Source of the DNA: a virus
Taxonomy: Duplodnaviria; Caudoviricetes
Direction: 5' to 3' (one strand)
Length of the DNA stretch: 26,285 nucleotides
Virus record (IMG/VR): IMGVR_UViG_3300037423_000445
Location: 1-26,285 of that record
Shown here: in pieces, positions 16,564 through 24,285 of the stretch
Numbering within the stretch: the first letter of the stretch is position 1
Layout: each line of letters opens with the position of its first letter
The notes under the pieces: model-generated
Databases searched by the model: none
What the model saw: only the letters and a program-made list of their open reading frames with translations
What the model was told of the DNA's origin: nothing
Program-made: the position numbers and the translations under genes

Positions 16564-16815
16564 CTAGTAGAGCGCCACGACCACGGCCGGCGCGCTGCCG
16601 GTCGTCGGATCGTCGATCGCCCGAGCCGTCAGCGGGTTGTAGCCCTTGAAGACCGGCACATCCTCGCGGACCTGGCCGCTCTCCGTCGTCAGGTTCAGGA
16701 ACCCGTCCTCGGTGCAGAGGATCGCGCGGCAAACGCCGTCGGCGAGGTCGGACGAGCTTGGCGTTACGGTGACGTAATCTAGCGCTGGCTCGGTCTTGTT
16801 CGATGGTTCGTTCAT
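16564..16815 (-). CDS. Head-spike base protein (RcGTA Rcc01079-like)
   Basis: 83 aa with PA.....VTPS..DL....RAI.....G.L and terminal VVALY, the size and pattern of this family. Confidence 0.75.
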   Translation of the reverse strand: MNEPSNKTEPALDYVTVTPSSSDLADGVCRAILCTEDGFLNLTTESGQVREDVPVFKGYNPLTARAIDDPTTGSAPAVVVALY

Positions 16816-17477
16816 GGCTTGGCGTCCTTTCCGTCGCGGCCGCGCTTAACTGCGATGCGCCAGCCCTCGTCAGGTTGATCGGGCTTCGCGGTCGTTGCCC
16901 GTTCGGCGATCCACATGTGACCGCCCCAGGTCACGGCATCGCCAGCTTCGTAAGTCTCTCCGCTGCGCCAGACGCCGCGATAGATGACCGTCGGCCATTT
17001 GAGCGTGAAAGCCTTCTCTTCCTCGCCGCGGCGGAAGCTCAGCTCGATTGTGCGATCATCGTCGAGGACGGCCACGTCCATGTCGTCGAAGCCGAAGCCG
17101 TCGCGGCCGTTCTTGCCCTTCTTGCCGTCGCGGATGCCGGTGCGGATCAGCCGGCCGTCCTCAAGCGTCAGCACAAGCTCGCCGCTGTCCTTCAGCGCTT
17201 GGACGATCCCGGCCGCGTCCTTCCCGTCCTTCGGCGGCGGGAGCGCTGCGACGGCGCGCTCAACGGCTTCGGCAACTAAGGCGGCGATATCCGGCAGTTC
17301 GGGTGCCTCAAGCAGTTCCGGAATGATGTTCTCCGGTTCCGGCCTGTCCTCCAGCGCCTTCAGACGTGCTTTCAGTTCGGCATTTTCGGCTTTGAGTGGC
17401 GCGACCTCGCGCTCGAGATAGCTTTTGACCTGTGCGACGATTGTATCGCCGAGGAGCTGACCGTCAAACATCGGCAA
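16812..17477 (-). CDS. Head-associated protein: coiled coil, short collagen-like G-x-y runs, C-terminal CBM5/12-like motif
   Basis: LKAENAELKARLKALE; DGKD, DGKKGKNGRDG, GRDGKD; YRGVWRSGETYEAGDAVTWGGHMWIA. Start may be 17471. Confidence 0.7.
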   Translation of the reverse strand: MPMFDGQLLGDTIVAQVKSYLEREVAPLKAENAELKARLKALEDRPEPENIIPELLEAPELPDIAALVAEAVERAVAALPPPKDGKDAAGIVQALKDSGELVLTLEDGRLIRTGIRDGKKGKNGRDGFGFDDMDVAVLDDDRTIELSFRRGEEEKAFTLKWPTVIYRGVWRSGETYEAGDAVTWGGHMWIAERATTAKPDQPDEGWRIAVKRGRDGKDAKP

Positions 17478-18831
17478 AACCCTTCGTTACGGTCGCCATT
17501 AGCTTCATGGCTTCTTGCGCCGCCGCGTTGTCATTCGCGGCCGGATCGGCCGGAGGCGCAGGCGCGGCCTTGCCGAACGGATCTTCCTTCGCGTCGCGCT
17601 TGGCGAGCGCTTCGAGGCTGAAGTCCTGCTGCTGGCGATAGACGGAATCGCCACCGGCCTTCGGCGGCAGGCTGAGCTTCGCGCGGCCGTCGTTGGGCGT
17701 GAAATAATTCCGGCCCTTGTCGAGCACTTCCATCTGCGTCGCGCTGTCGAGCCGCAGCAGGTTGTCGACGTCGAATTCGGTCCCGAGAGTCACGCCGTCC
17801 ATGCCGAGGCCGTCGTCCAGGCAGGCCTCGATGTCCTCGAAGTGCTTCTGGATGCATTGCGTGTAGTAACGCAGCGTCCGGTCCTGGACGCCGCCGGCCG
17901 CAGGCTCCGCGCCGACGCCGATCATAAACGGCGGAACATGGTAGGCCGAGCAGACCATTTCGGCGGTGTATTTCAGCTGCTCCACGACCTGCGCGTCGAC
18001 CGAAGTCATGGTCATGGTTTCGAACTTGGCGTTGTTGCCCAGGACGGCCAAGCGGCCAGCGCCCTTCGGACCGCCGTATTTTTCCTGCCAGGTGCTTTGC
18101 AGCCGCGCCGCTTCTTCCGCCGGGATATTGCCGGGGAACGTCAGGATGCCGCTCGGGCGCACTCCGTTTTCGGCGAGTTGGGCCGCAGCGGTTTCAAGGT
18201 TAGTCGCCTTCGTCGCCAGCAGCGCGTTCGCGTAGAGCGGCGAAATGCCGACCAGCGGGTGGAAGAGGCAATTGAAGCGGTCGTGAATGATCTCGCGCGC
18301 CGGAACGATGATTCCGTCGCTAGTCTGGAGACCCGAAAGGTTGTCCTGGCTGAGCCGATAGAAGACCTGGCCGTCGTCGCTGACGAGCGGTTGGACGCGA
18401 TCCGGGTTCAGCACGAAGAGCGCGGTGACGACATTGCGCCCGTCGCGCTGCTTCAGGATGTAGGCATTGCCGCGCAAGAGCTTGGAATTCATCCACGTTT
18501 CGAGAAACTGGATGCGCGTCTGATAATTGTTCGGCTTGCGCAGGACCGGCGAATAGGCCGGGTTGACCGTCTCCTGCCAAACGCCGTCCTTGAATTGGAC
18601 AAGCTTCACCCTGTTTTTGGCGACGTCACTGCAGATCGACGTATGACACGCAAACACCGCAGGCATCGCGAGGCATTGGTCGGGACTGAGCTGCTCGAGA
18701 TTGCGCTGCCACGCTCCGGCGAACGGCTCTCTTACGAGCGGCCACCACCCTCCGCGGTTGTCGGGCGGCGAGAGGCCCTTGCCGACGCTCGGCATGAGGC
18801 CGGCCGACAGGATTTGCAGCGCCCTATGCAC
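17464..18831 (-). CDS. Portal protein (HK97 family)
   Basis: VFAC...I..DVAK, LRKPN.YQT..QF, L.GNAY, LNPDRV, EIIH.R, GISP, YHVPP..IG, TPN..R motifs. Likely start GTG 18831 with GGAG RBS. Confidence 0.95.
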   Translation of the reverse strand: MHRALQILSAGLMPSVGKGLSPPDNRGGWWPLVREPFAGAWQRNLEQLSPDQCLAMPAVFACHTSICSDVAKNRVKLVQFKDGVWQETVNPAYSPVLRKPNNYQTRIQFLETWMNSKLLRGNAYILKQRDGRNVVTALFVLNPDRVQPLVSDDGQVFYRLSQDNLSGLQTSDGIIVPAREIIHDRFNCLFHPLVGISPLYANALLATKATNLETAAAQLAENGVRPSGILTFPGNIPAEEAARLQSTWQEKYGGPKGAGRLAVLGNNAKFETMTMTSVDAQVVEQLKYTAEMVCSAYHVPPFMIGVGAEPAAGGVQDRTLRYYTQCIQKHFEDIEACLDDGLGMDGVTLGTEFDVDNLLRLDSATQMEVLDKGRNYFTPNDGRAKLSLPPKAGGDSVYRQQQDFSLEALAKRDAKEDPFGKAAPAPPADPAANDNAAAQEAMKLMATVTKGFADV

Positions 18832-18985
18832 GCGAGGCTCCGCGCAGAACGATGAAGGCGGCCCCGAGGCAGAAGGCACCGAGCGCGATCAAGCCCGGTC
18901 CTGTGCCGAACGCCACGAAAACGCCGGCCGATATGCAGGTCGCGCCGCCGAGAGCCAGGACGATCACGCTCGCGATCTCGATCAT
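18824..18985 (-). CDS. 53-aa two-TM protein preceding the portal
   Basis: MIEIASVIVLALGGATCISAGVFVAFGTGPGLIALGAFCLGAAFIVLRGASRA; TGATG-coupled to the glycosyltransferase; AAGGAGG RBS. Confidence 0.75.
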   Translation of the reverse strand: MIEIASVIVLALGGATCISAGVFVAFGTGPGLIALGAFCLGAAFIVLRGASRA

Positions 18986-19710
18986 CAGGCGGCCTCCTTC
19001 TCTGCGATGCGATAATTCGCGGTCACGAACGGGTCGGTTCGGATCGAAGCGAGCGTCCACGGCTTGATCTTGCCGGGGAAGAACAGCAGCCGCGGCGCGA
19101 ACCTGCCCCGCTTGGCTTTCCGCTCTGATTGGTAGGCCGGGCCATACCAAAAGACGCCATCGCGCTCCGACCAAGTTTTTTCCTTCCGGCCGAGCGCGAG
19201 CGCCAGATAGGCCTGATCGGAACCGACGAACAATTCGCCGCTGAGGCGCGCGCTCTTCGCGTTGAAGTCCTCGTAAACACGCGGCCGGCAACCGGCGCGG
19301 ATCATCATCATCGAGCCGTTATACGGGCGGTCAGGCGCTGTTCCCTTGAACAGCACCAAATCTTCAGGCCGATCGAACAGCGGATCGAGCGGGCCGCCGA
19401 TGACGCAATCCAAGTCCATGCAGACGAAGCGCTCGCCGAAGATGCGCGCCGCATCCCTGCGGAACATGCTCAGGCGCCGGTAGCAGTTCGGCTTGTGCCG
19501 CCCCCACTTCGGCTCGATGTTTTCGAACTCGTGCGGCGGATCGATGCGCTCGATGCCGCGCGGCAGTCCCTTGGCGTCGGTTACGCAGGCGATGCGATGC
19601 GGCATCGACAGATGGCGGCTCACCATGTCGGCCCAAATCGCCACATGATCCACGGTGAACGTCGTCCGGCCTTCGGGCTGATGCCACAGCCATGAAAGGA
19701 CGGTCAGCAC
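18985..19710 (-). CDS. GT-A fold glycosyltransferase-like protein
   Basis: 241 aa from GTG 19710; RHL..PHR.ACVTD, RL.MF, DxD motif FVCMDLDCVI.G.LD.LF, YNGSMM, SDQAYL, FFPG..KPW (GT8-like layout); no TM or signal peptide. Confidence 0.8.
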   Translation of the reverse strand: MLTVLSWLWHQPEGRTTFTVDHVAIWADMVSRHLSMPHRIACVTDAKGLPRGIERIDPPHEFENIEPKWGRHKPNCYRRLSMFRRDAARIFGERFVCMDLDCVIGGPLDPLFDRPEDLVLFKGTAPDRPYNGSMMMIRAGCRPRVYEDFNAKSARLSGELFVGSDQAYLALALGRKEKTWSERDGVFWYGPAYQSERKAKRGRFAPRLLFFPGKIKPWTLASIRTDPFVTANYRIAEKEAA

Positions 19711-20651
19711 AGCGCGCCTTGCGCTTCCAGATACGCGAACAGCGGCTGGTAGCGGATGACGAAATCGGCGCGGTTGGCCTTCAGGTAGCGCCACTTTTTC
19801 AGGATTTCGTCGCGCCCGCCGTCGGCCATGATATTGCCGAGAAGCGCGACTGCCCATTCTGCCTCACCAATGTCGCATCCGAACATTGCCGCGCCGCATT
19901 GGAACAGCCAGAACTTCTCAGGCGCGACGAAATCGTTCAAGTAGACCCAGGCCTCCTTGATCTCTTCCGGCGTCCACCGGCTGAGCGACAGCGCATCTTC
20001 CGAGACCTCGCGCCAATCCCACTTCGACTTGACGCGGAAAACCAACGTCGTTCCCGGCACGATTGCTTCGACGAATTCGAGATGATCGCGCAGCCGATAG
20101 AGGCAGGCCGGAATCTCGTAGCTCGGGAAGTGGCAAAAGTCCTGCCACGCCATGATCGAGCCGGGCGTCAGTGCCTCGCGGAACTCGGTCAGGACGGCAG
20201 AGATCGCAGGAACGCGCTTGGGCGCGTCGCTGACCAGCAACGCGATCCGCGCGCGGCACCATGAAATCTTCTCGATCCGGCCCTGGTGCGGCGTCACATA
20301 ATCGAGCAGCGGGCCGAGGTTCCTCTGGAACTGCTCGAAGGTCGGGCCGACGGGGACATTCTCGACGCCCTGCCGGTCATAGAAGGCCTTCACCTTGGCG
20401 ACGTGGCCGGGCTTCGACTGGAACTGGTCGTAAACGTGCGCCTTCGTGCGAACGCCCGAATCCCTGATGCCGGCCGCGATGTAGGCGGTCGAAGCGCCGA
20501 GCCAAGCGCCGAGCTCGACGATCGCGCCCTTGCCGGCCGCTTCCTTCGCCAGCCGGTAATAGCATTCGCGCTCGGCGTCGGTCGTCATCGCCGGGATTGG
20601 CGGGACGCCGGTCAGGCTGTCGCGTTCAAGCTCGGCAGTTTGTGCCTGCAA
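19704..20651 (-). CDS. Class I SAM-dependent methyltransferase (Methyltransf_24/TylF-like)
   Basis: IVELGAWLGAST motif I, HVYDQF, IALLVSDAPK, L.PGS....QDF; helical C-terminal extension. Confidence 0.8.
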   Translation of the reverse strand: MQAQTAELERDSLTGVPPIPAMTTDAERECYYRLAKEAAGKGAIVELGAWLGASTAYIAAGIRDSGVRTKAHVYDQFQSKPGHVAKVKAFYDRQGVENVPVGPTFEQFQRNLGPLLDYVTPHQGRIEKISWCRARIALLVSDAPKRVPAISAVLTEFREALTPGSIMAWQDFCHFPSYEIPACLYRLRDHLEFVEAIVPGTTLVFRVKSKWDWREVSEDALSLSRWTPEEIKEAWVYLNDFVAPEKFWLFQCGAAMFGCDIGEAEWAVALLGNIMADGGRDEILKKWRYLKANRADFVIRYQPLFAYLEAQGALC

Positions 20652-21091
20652 ATCACTTCCCCCGGAATGCTTGTCAGGCCGATCACCTGCGCCATTGCGA
20701 GGCGGTGATTGCCCTGGTTGCCGATGAAAAACTCGCCATCGCGTCCGATCAGGAAGAGCGGCGGCGGCGCGTCAGTGCGGAAGCCGTTGGCGCGCATGTC
20801 GTCGAACATCGCGTCGACCCGCGTCCGATATTGCTCGAGCAGCCCTTCGATCGTCGTTTCGCCGCGGATCGGCTCGCCAGCGATGCGGCGCGCATAGGTG
20901 TCGACGAACAGGTCCGTCTCTTCCCATTTGCGGCCTTCGACATAACGCTGGATGATCGAGCGATGCTTGACCGCTGCGGCCAGCGGGAAGCGCCGCTCCA
21001 AATCCCAGTCGCCGCCTTTGTCGCCTCTCAGGTCGTCGTGCGGCGTGATCTTGAAGCGGATGGTGCGAGGGTTAATCCAGCAAATCGGCAC
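20612..21091 (-). CDS. ParB/sulfiredoxin-fold protein
   Basis: F..M..NGF followed by IGRDGEFFIGNQGNHRLAMAQVIGL..IP..V, matching the G.HR core of ParB/Srx domains; no HTH. Confidence 0.65.
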   Translation of the reverse strand: MPICWINPRTIRFKITPHDDLRGDKGGDWDLERRFPLAAAVKHRSIIQRYVEGRKWEETDLFVDTYARRIAGEPIRGETTIEGLLEQYRTRVDAMFDDMRANGFRTDAPPPLFLIGRDGEFFIGNQGNHRLAMAQVIGLTSIPGEVICRHKLPSLNATA

Positions 21092-21293
21092 GGTCTGCCC
21101 AAAGAAGGAAGGGCCACCAGAAACCGGTTATTTCGCCTAGCCGCTGCCAGGCTCTTCCGACCCTGATACGTCGTTCGTGGAAAACGCGATGCTGGCTGCG
21201 CGCCGGGATAGGATACCGCTCACCATACCGAGCCGCCTTGCGCCACTCGTATTCAGCATCGGTCTCAAACATTCTCGGGGGCGGCGCTGGCAT
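21072..21293 (-). CDS. 73-aa hypothetical protein
   Basis: TAATG-coupled to the upstream methyltransferase and fills the gap to the ParB-like gene; no recognisable motif. Confidence 0.45.
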   Translation of the reverse strand: MPAPPPRMFETDAEYEWRKAARYGERYPIPARSQHRVFHERRIRVGRAWQRLGEITGFWWPFLLWADRADLLD

Positions 21294-21871
21294 TAGCGCT
21301 CACCAACGACAATCTCGTCGCCCTCCGTCGCAACCTGCGTCACCCGGTAGCCGTGGCGCGTCAGGAGCTCGGCCATGCCCTCGCGCGCGGCGAAGCGGTT
21401 CATGTCGCCGAGCGGCTCGTCGGGGATGCCCTTGCGCCATCTCTCGGCCCGGTTGCGGTTGCCGCAGAGGACGACGGTCGGAATGAACTTGGCGACGTCG
21501 GCGAACACCGCGTCCAGACGCTCGCCGAGGTAATAGATCGTCCGCACCGCAACCAGCGTGTCCTTGTCATGCAGCGCGTAGAGATTATCGGCAATGTCGC
21601 CGTTGATGAACGTCGGCGCGATGAATTGCTTTTCGCGGCTGAGCCATTCGCCGAAGAGCTGTTGCGCCGTGTCGTGGCGCTCGGCGCTCCGCTCGATCGC
21701 GGTCACGCGCTTGCCCTGGCGCGCCAGCAGGAGCGCAAGCACTCCCTCGGCCGAGCCGATTTCGAGGATTCGGTCGCCCTTGATGAACGGGAGCAGCCGC
21801 AGATATTTCTCCGGCACGTCGCCGGCGCGGATCGCGTCCTCGTTCTTGCGAAAGGCGAGTGAGCCAGTCAC
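21293..21871 (-). CDS. Class I SAM-dependent methyltransferase
   Basis: RILEIGSAEGVLALLLARQG..VTAIE (motifs I-II), GDI, R.IYYL; GTGA-coupled to the upstream gene. Confidence 0.85.
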   Translation of the reverse strand: MTGSLAFRKNEDAIRAGDVPEKYLRLLPFIKGDRILEIGSAEGVLALLLARQGKRVTAIERSAERHDTAQQLFGEWLSREKQFIAPTFINGDIADNLYALHDKDTLVAVRTIYYLGERLDAVFADVAKFIPTVVLCGNRNRAERWRKGIPDEPLGDMNRFAAREGMAELLTRHGYRVTQVATEGDEIVVGER

Positions 21872-22098
21872 TTCGCCTTGCGCGTCCTCTTGCGGGTTAC
21901 GGGCTTGCGCGGGGCGGTGGTGGCCCTCGCAGCTGGCGGCCTTGTCGGCCGCGCGCCTGCGGGTGGTTCGTCGCTAATTTTGTTCAGTGCCGTATAGAGC
22001 CGCGCTGTCGGTGCATCCATGTCGACTGGTTCGCCAGCCGTGAGCATCCGCGTGCCATACCTGAACGCGCCCGTCGCGTAGAACCGCTTCGTCGCCAT
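21868..22098 (-). CDS. 76-aa post-capsid protein (possible head decoration/accessory) with Pro/Thr/Arg-rich tail
   Basis: GAAGGAG RBS; FRYGTRML.AGE motif, then low-complexity basic C-terminus. Confidence 0.7.
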   Translation of the reverse strand: MATKRFYATGAFRYGTRMLTAGEPVDMDAPTARLYTALNKISDEPPAGARPTRPPAARATTAPRKPVTRKRTRKAK

Positions 22099-22113
22099 GC
22101 CGTCGCTCCTTCG

Positions 22114-22149
22114 AAAAATGGGGCGGCCTCGGGAGAATGAAGCCGCCCC
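22114..22149 (-). terminator. Rho-independent terminator-like hairpin after the capsid gene
   Basis: Minus strand GGGGCGGCTTC-ATTCTCCC-GAGGCCGCCCC-ATTTTT: 11-bp stem with one G-U, 8-nt loop, short U tract. Confidence 0.75.
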
Positions 22150-22171
22150 TGCTGACCGGGGGCTGTCAGCT

Positions 22172-23593
22172 TTAGGTGTTGGTCGCGCCTCCCCAAGCCG
22201 CGCCGGTCAGAACGACCGCCGCATTGGCCCGACGCCGCGCCCAGTTCAGGATGCGCTCGCAGCGGAAGCCGACGGAGTTCGTCTGCCACAGCGAGACCAT
22301 CTGCGTCGCAGTCGGCGTCACCGTGTCGTTCGTCGGATTGTCGAGCATCTGCAGCGAGGCTTCGCGGCTGACGTCGATCTGGAACCCGCCCTCGTCGGCG
22401 AAGTAAATCTCCGACGGCTGGAGGGCCACGACCACGCCGGCCGGCACGTTCTGCGACGTGACGACGCGGATGCTCTGGATGTTCCCGCCATCCATCGAGA
22501 TATTCGGGAATTCCGCCTGGCCGAGTGCGTTGACCATGAACGACGCGCCTAGGGCCGTGCCAGTCCGCATGACGAGCACCGGAGCGGTGCCTTCCATGTT
22601 GTTGTTCACGAACACCTGGAGCAGGTTGCGGATGTCGAGCCTGATGTCGTCGGCGTCGCCAGTGCCGCTGGCCGCGATCGAAACCGCGCCGTTGGCAATG
22701 GAGGCCGGCTTCACGTTGGCGCTGCCGCCGTTGGTCGGATCGATGAACGCAACGTCGATCAGCTCGACCAGCGCATTCCGGAGCTCGTCGCGCACCAGCG
22801 TTTCCGCCGAGGCCGCGCTGCTCATCAGCAGCTCCTCGGTCAGCACCGCGATGTTGGCGCACTTCAGCGGCTCGAGATGCGTCTTCGCAAAGTCGAAGCT
22901 GGTCAGCGGCTTCGGCTGTCCTTCGCCGACCCAGTAGCCGGTTCCGCCGTTGGTGACGCTACCGAGCGCCGTCCGGAACGGAACCTGCCGCAGGCCTTCG
23001 ATGCGCCCGACGATCGTCGCCGGCCGCAGGAACTCAGCGAAGTCGGCGAACGCGCCGCCCTCGTCGAGCACCAGGTCTTCGGTCCAGCTGCCGGAAAGTG
23101 TCGAGCCGGCGACTACGTTGTTCTTGTTGACGCCGCTGAAGCTCAGCTTGCGCTGTCCGCGGTCGGCGAGAGCCTTGAGCGTGCCGGCAGCGTTGCTGTC
23201 CTCGCCGTAGCGATTGACGGCAATCGTGCAGGCCTGAGCCATGTTGCCCTCGGCCATGCCGAGCGACTTCACGAGCCGGGCGAACTCGATGCCTGGAGCG
23301 AGCTTCGGCTGCGTCTTGACGACAACCGTTCCGCCGCGGCTTCCGCTGCCTTCGTCCGAGGTCGCGCCCTGCGCCGGCTTGGCGCCCTTGGCCTCGAGCT
23401 GCTCGAGCGTGCGATAGCGCTCCAGCTGGACGTCGATCGCCTTCACCTGCTCTTCGAGATCCTTGAACTTCTCGTCCTGCTCGGCATCGAGCGTTTCGCC
23501 CTTCTCGTCGGCCTCGTCCATGATGGCCTTCAGACCATCCTGGAGCGCGACGCGCTTGGCCTCGTAGGCCGTGATTTTTTCCGCGTAGCTCAT
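22172..23593 (-). CDS. Major capsid protein (HK97 fold, N-terminal coiled-coil delta domain)
   Basis: Coiled-coil N-terminus; YWVGEGQPKP, L.P.K.A.I..LTEELL, D.AFI, SLWQTNSVG.R.ER..NW..RR motifs; GGAGGG RBS. Confidence 0.96.
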   Translation of the reverse strand: MSYAEKITAYEAKRVALQDGLKAIMDEADEKGETLDAEQDEKFKDLEEQVKAIDVQLERYRTLEQLEAKGAKPAQGATSDEGSGSRGGTVVVKTQPKLAPGIEFARLVKSLGMAEGNMAQACTIAVNRYGEDSNAAGTLKALADRGQRKLSFSGVNKNNVVAGSTLSGSWTEDLVLDEGGAFADFAEFLRPATIVGRIEGLRQVPFRTALGSVTNGGTGYWVGEGQPKPLTSFDFAKTHLEPLKCANIAVLTEELLMSSAASAETLVRDELRNALVELIDVAFIDPTNGGSANVKPASIANGAVSIAASGTGDADDIRLDIRNLLQVFVNNNMEGTAPVLVMRTGTALGASFMVNALGQAEFPNISMDGGNIQSIRVVTSQNVPAGVVVALQPSEIYFADEGGFQIDVSREASLQMLDNPTNDTVTPTATQMVSLWQTNSVGFRCERILNWARRRANAAVVLTGAAWGGATNT

Positions 23594-23595
23594 GA

Positions 23596-24273
23596 CTACC
23601 CTCCGTTAGCCCGTCGGGGCGTGTGGATTTTGTTGATGACGAAAGGAGCCCGGTCGCGGGCAGGTGCATCCAGCTTCACCACGCGGACGCCCTTGCCGAT
23701 CGCGGCAGCGTCCTTTGGGGCTTCTGGAATTTCGGGATCGGGAACGCCGTTTTCGCGCCGGGCTTCGGCGTCGACGGCTTTCACGATGTCGATGTCGGTG
23801 GCGCCATAGAGGCTCTTGACACCGGAGATTAGCGCTTCGGCGTTGGCCGGAACGACCACGCCGCTCAGCTCATAGACCTCGCTCTTGTCGTAGCGGATTC
23901 CGCCGCCGTCGATGAATGCCCATTCGAGCGGCCGGAAGCCCACGCTGACCGCGCGCACGAGCCCGGTCTTCACCGAGTCCCAGGCGAGCTGCAGCCGATC
24001 CTTGAGCGTAGGCGATTCGACCGTATCGGGGTGGACGAACTCGGCTTCGAACGCGATGCCGGCCTTCGTCGGCTTGGAAAAGCGGCACTCGCCGACCGGC
24101 ATTTCGTGGTCGTGCATCCATAGGAACGGCAAAGGATTGTCGAACTCGACGCCCAAGGGATCAATGATGTCGCCCACGCGATCGACGCTCGGCGTGGTTG
24201 CGACGCCAGTGATGACCCGCCGGCTTTCGTCCACCGCCTTGATTTCGAGCTTCGAATAGGCGCGATTTTGCAT
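23596..24273 (-). CDS. Prohead maturation protease (HK97 gp4 family)
   Basis: G.A.TPSVDRVGDII.P.G, LWMHDH..PVG, SVGF, ELSGV.VPAN catalytic motifs; GAGGAGG RBS. Confidence 0.93.
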   Translation of the reverse strand: MQNRAYSKLEIKAVDESRRVITGVATTPSVDRVGDIIDPLGVEFDNPLPFLWMHDHEMPVGECRFSKPTKAGIAFEAEFVHPDTVESPTLKDRLQLAWDSVKTGLVRAVSVGFRPLEWAFIDGGGIRYDKSEVYELSGVVVPANAEALISGVKSLYGATDIDIVKAVDAEARRENGVPDPEIPEAPKDAAAIGKGVRVVKLDAPARDRAPFVINKIHTPRRANGG

Positions 24274-24285
24274 CGCTCGCCTCCT

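Noticed and set aside
19711-19857. N-terminal extension of the glycosyltransferase (similarly the 19291 start for the pre-portal membrane protein and 1563 for the endolysin)
   Set aside because: These overlap upstream genes; coupled or RBS-supported downstream starts fit better.
23590-23600. Protease-capsid fusion by readthrough
   Set aside because: TAG-TC-ATG puts the capsid out of frame, and it has its own GGAGGG RBS.
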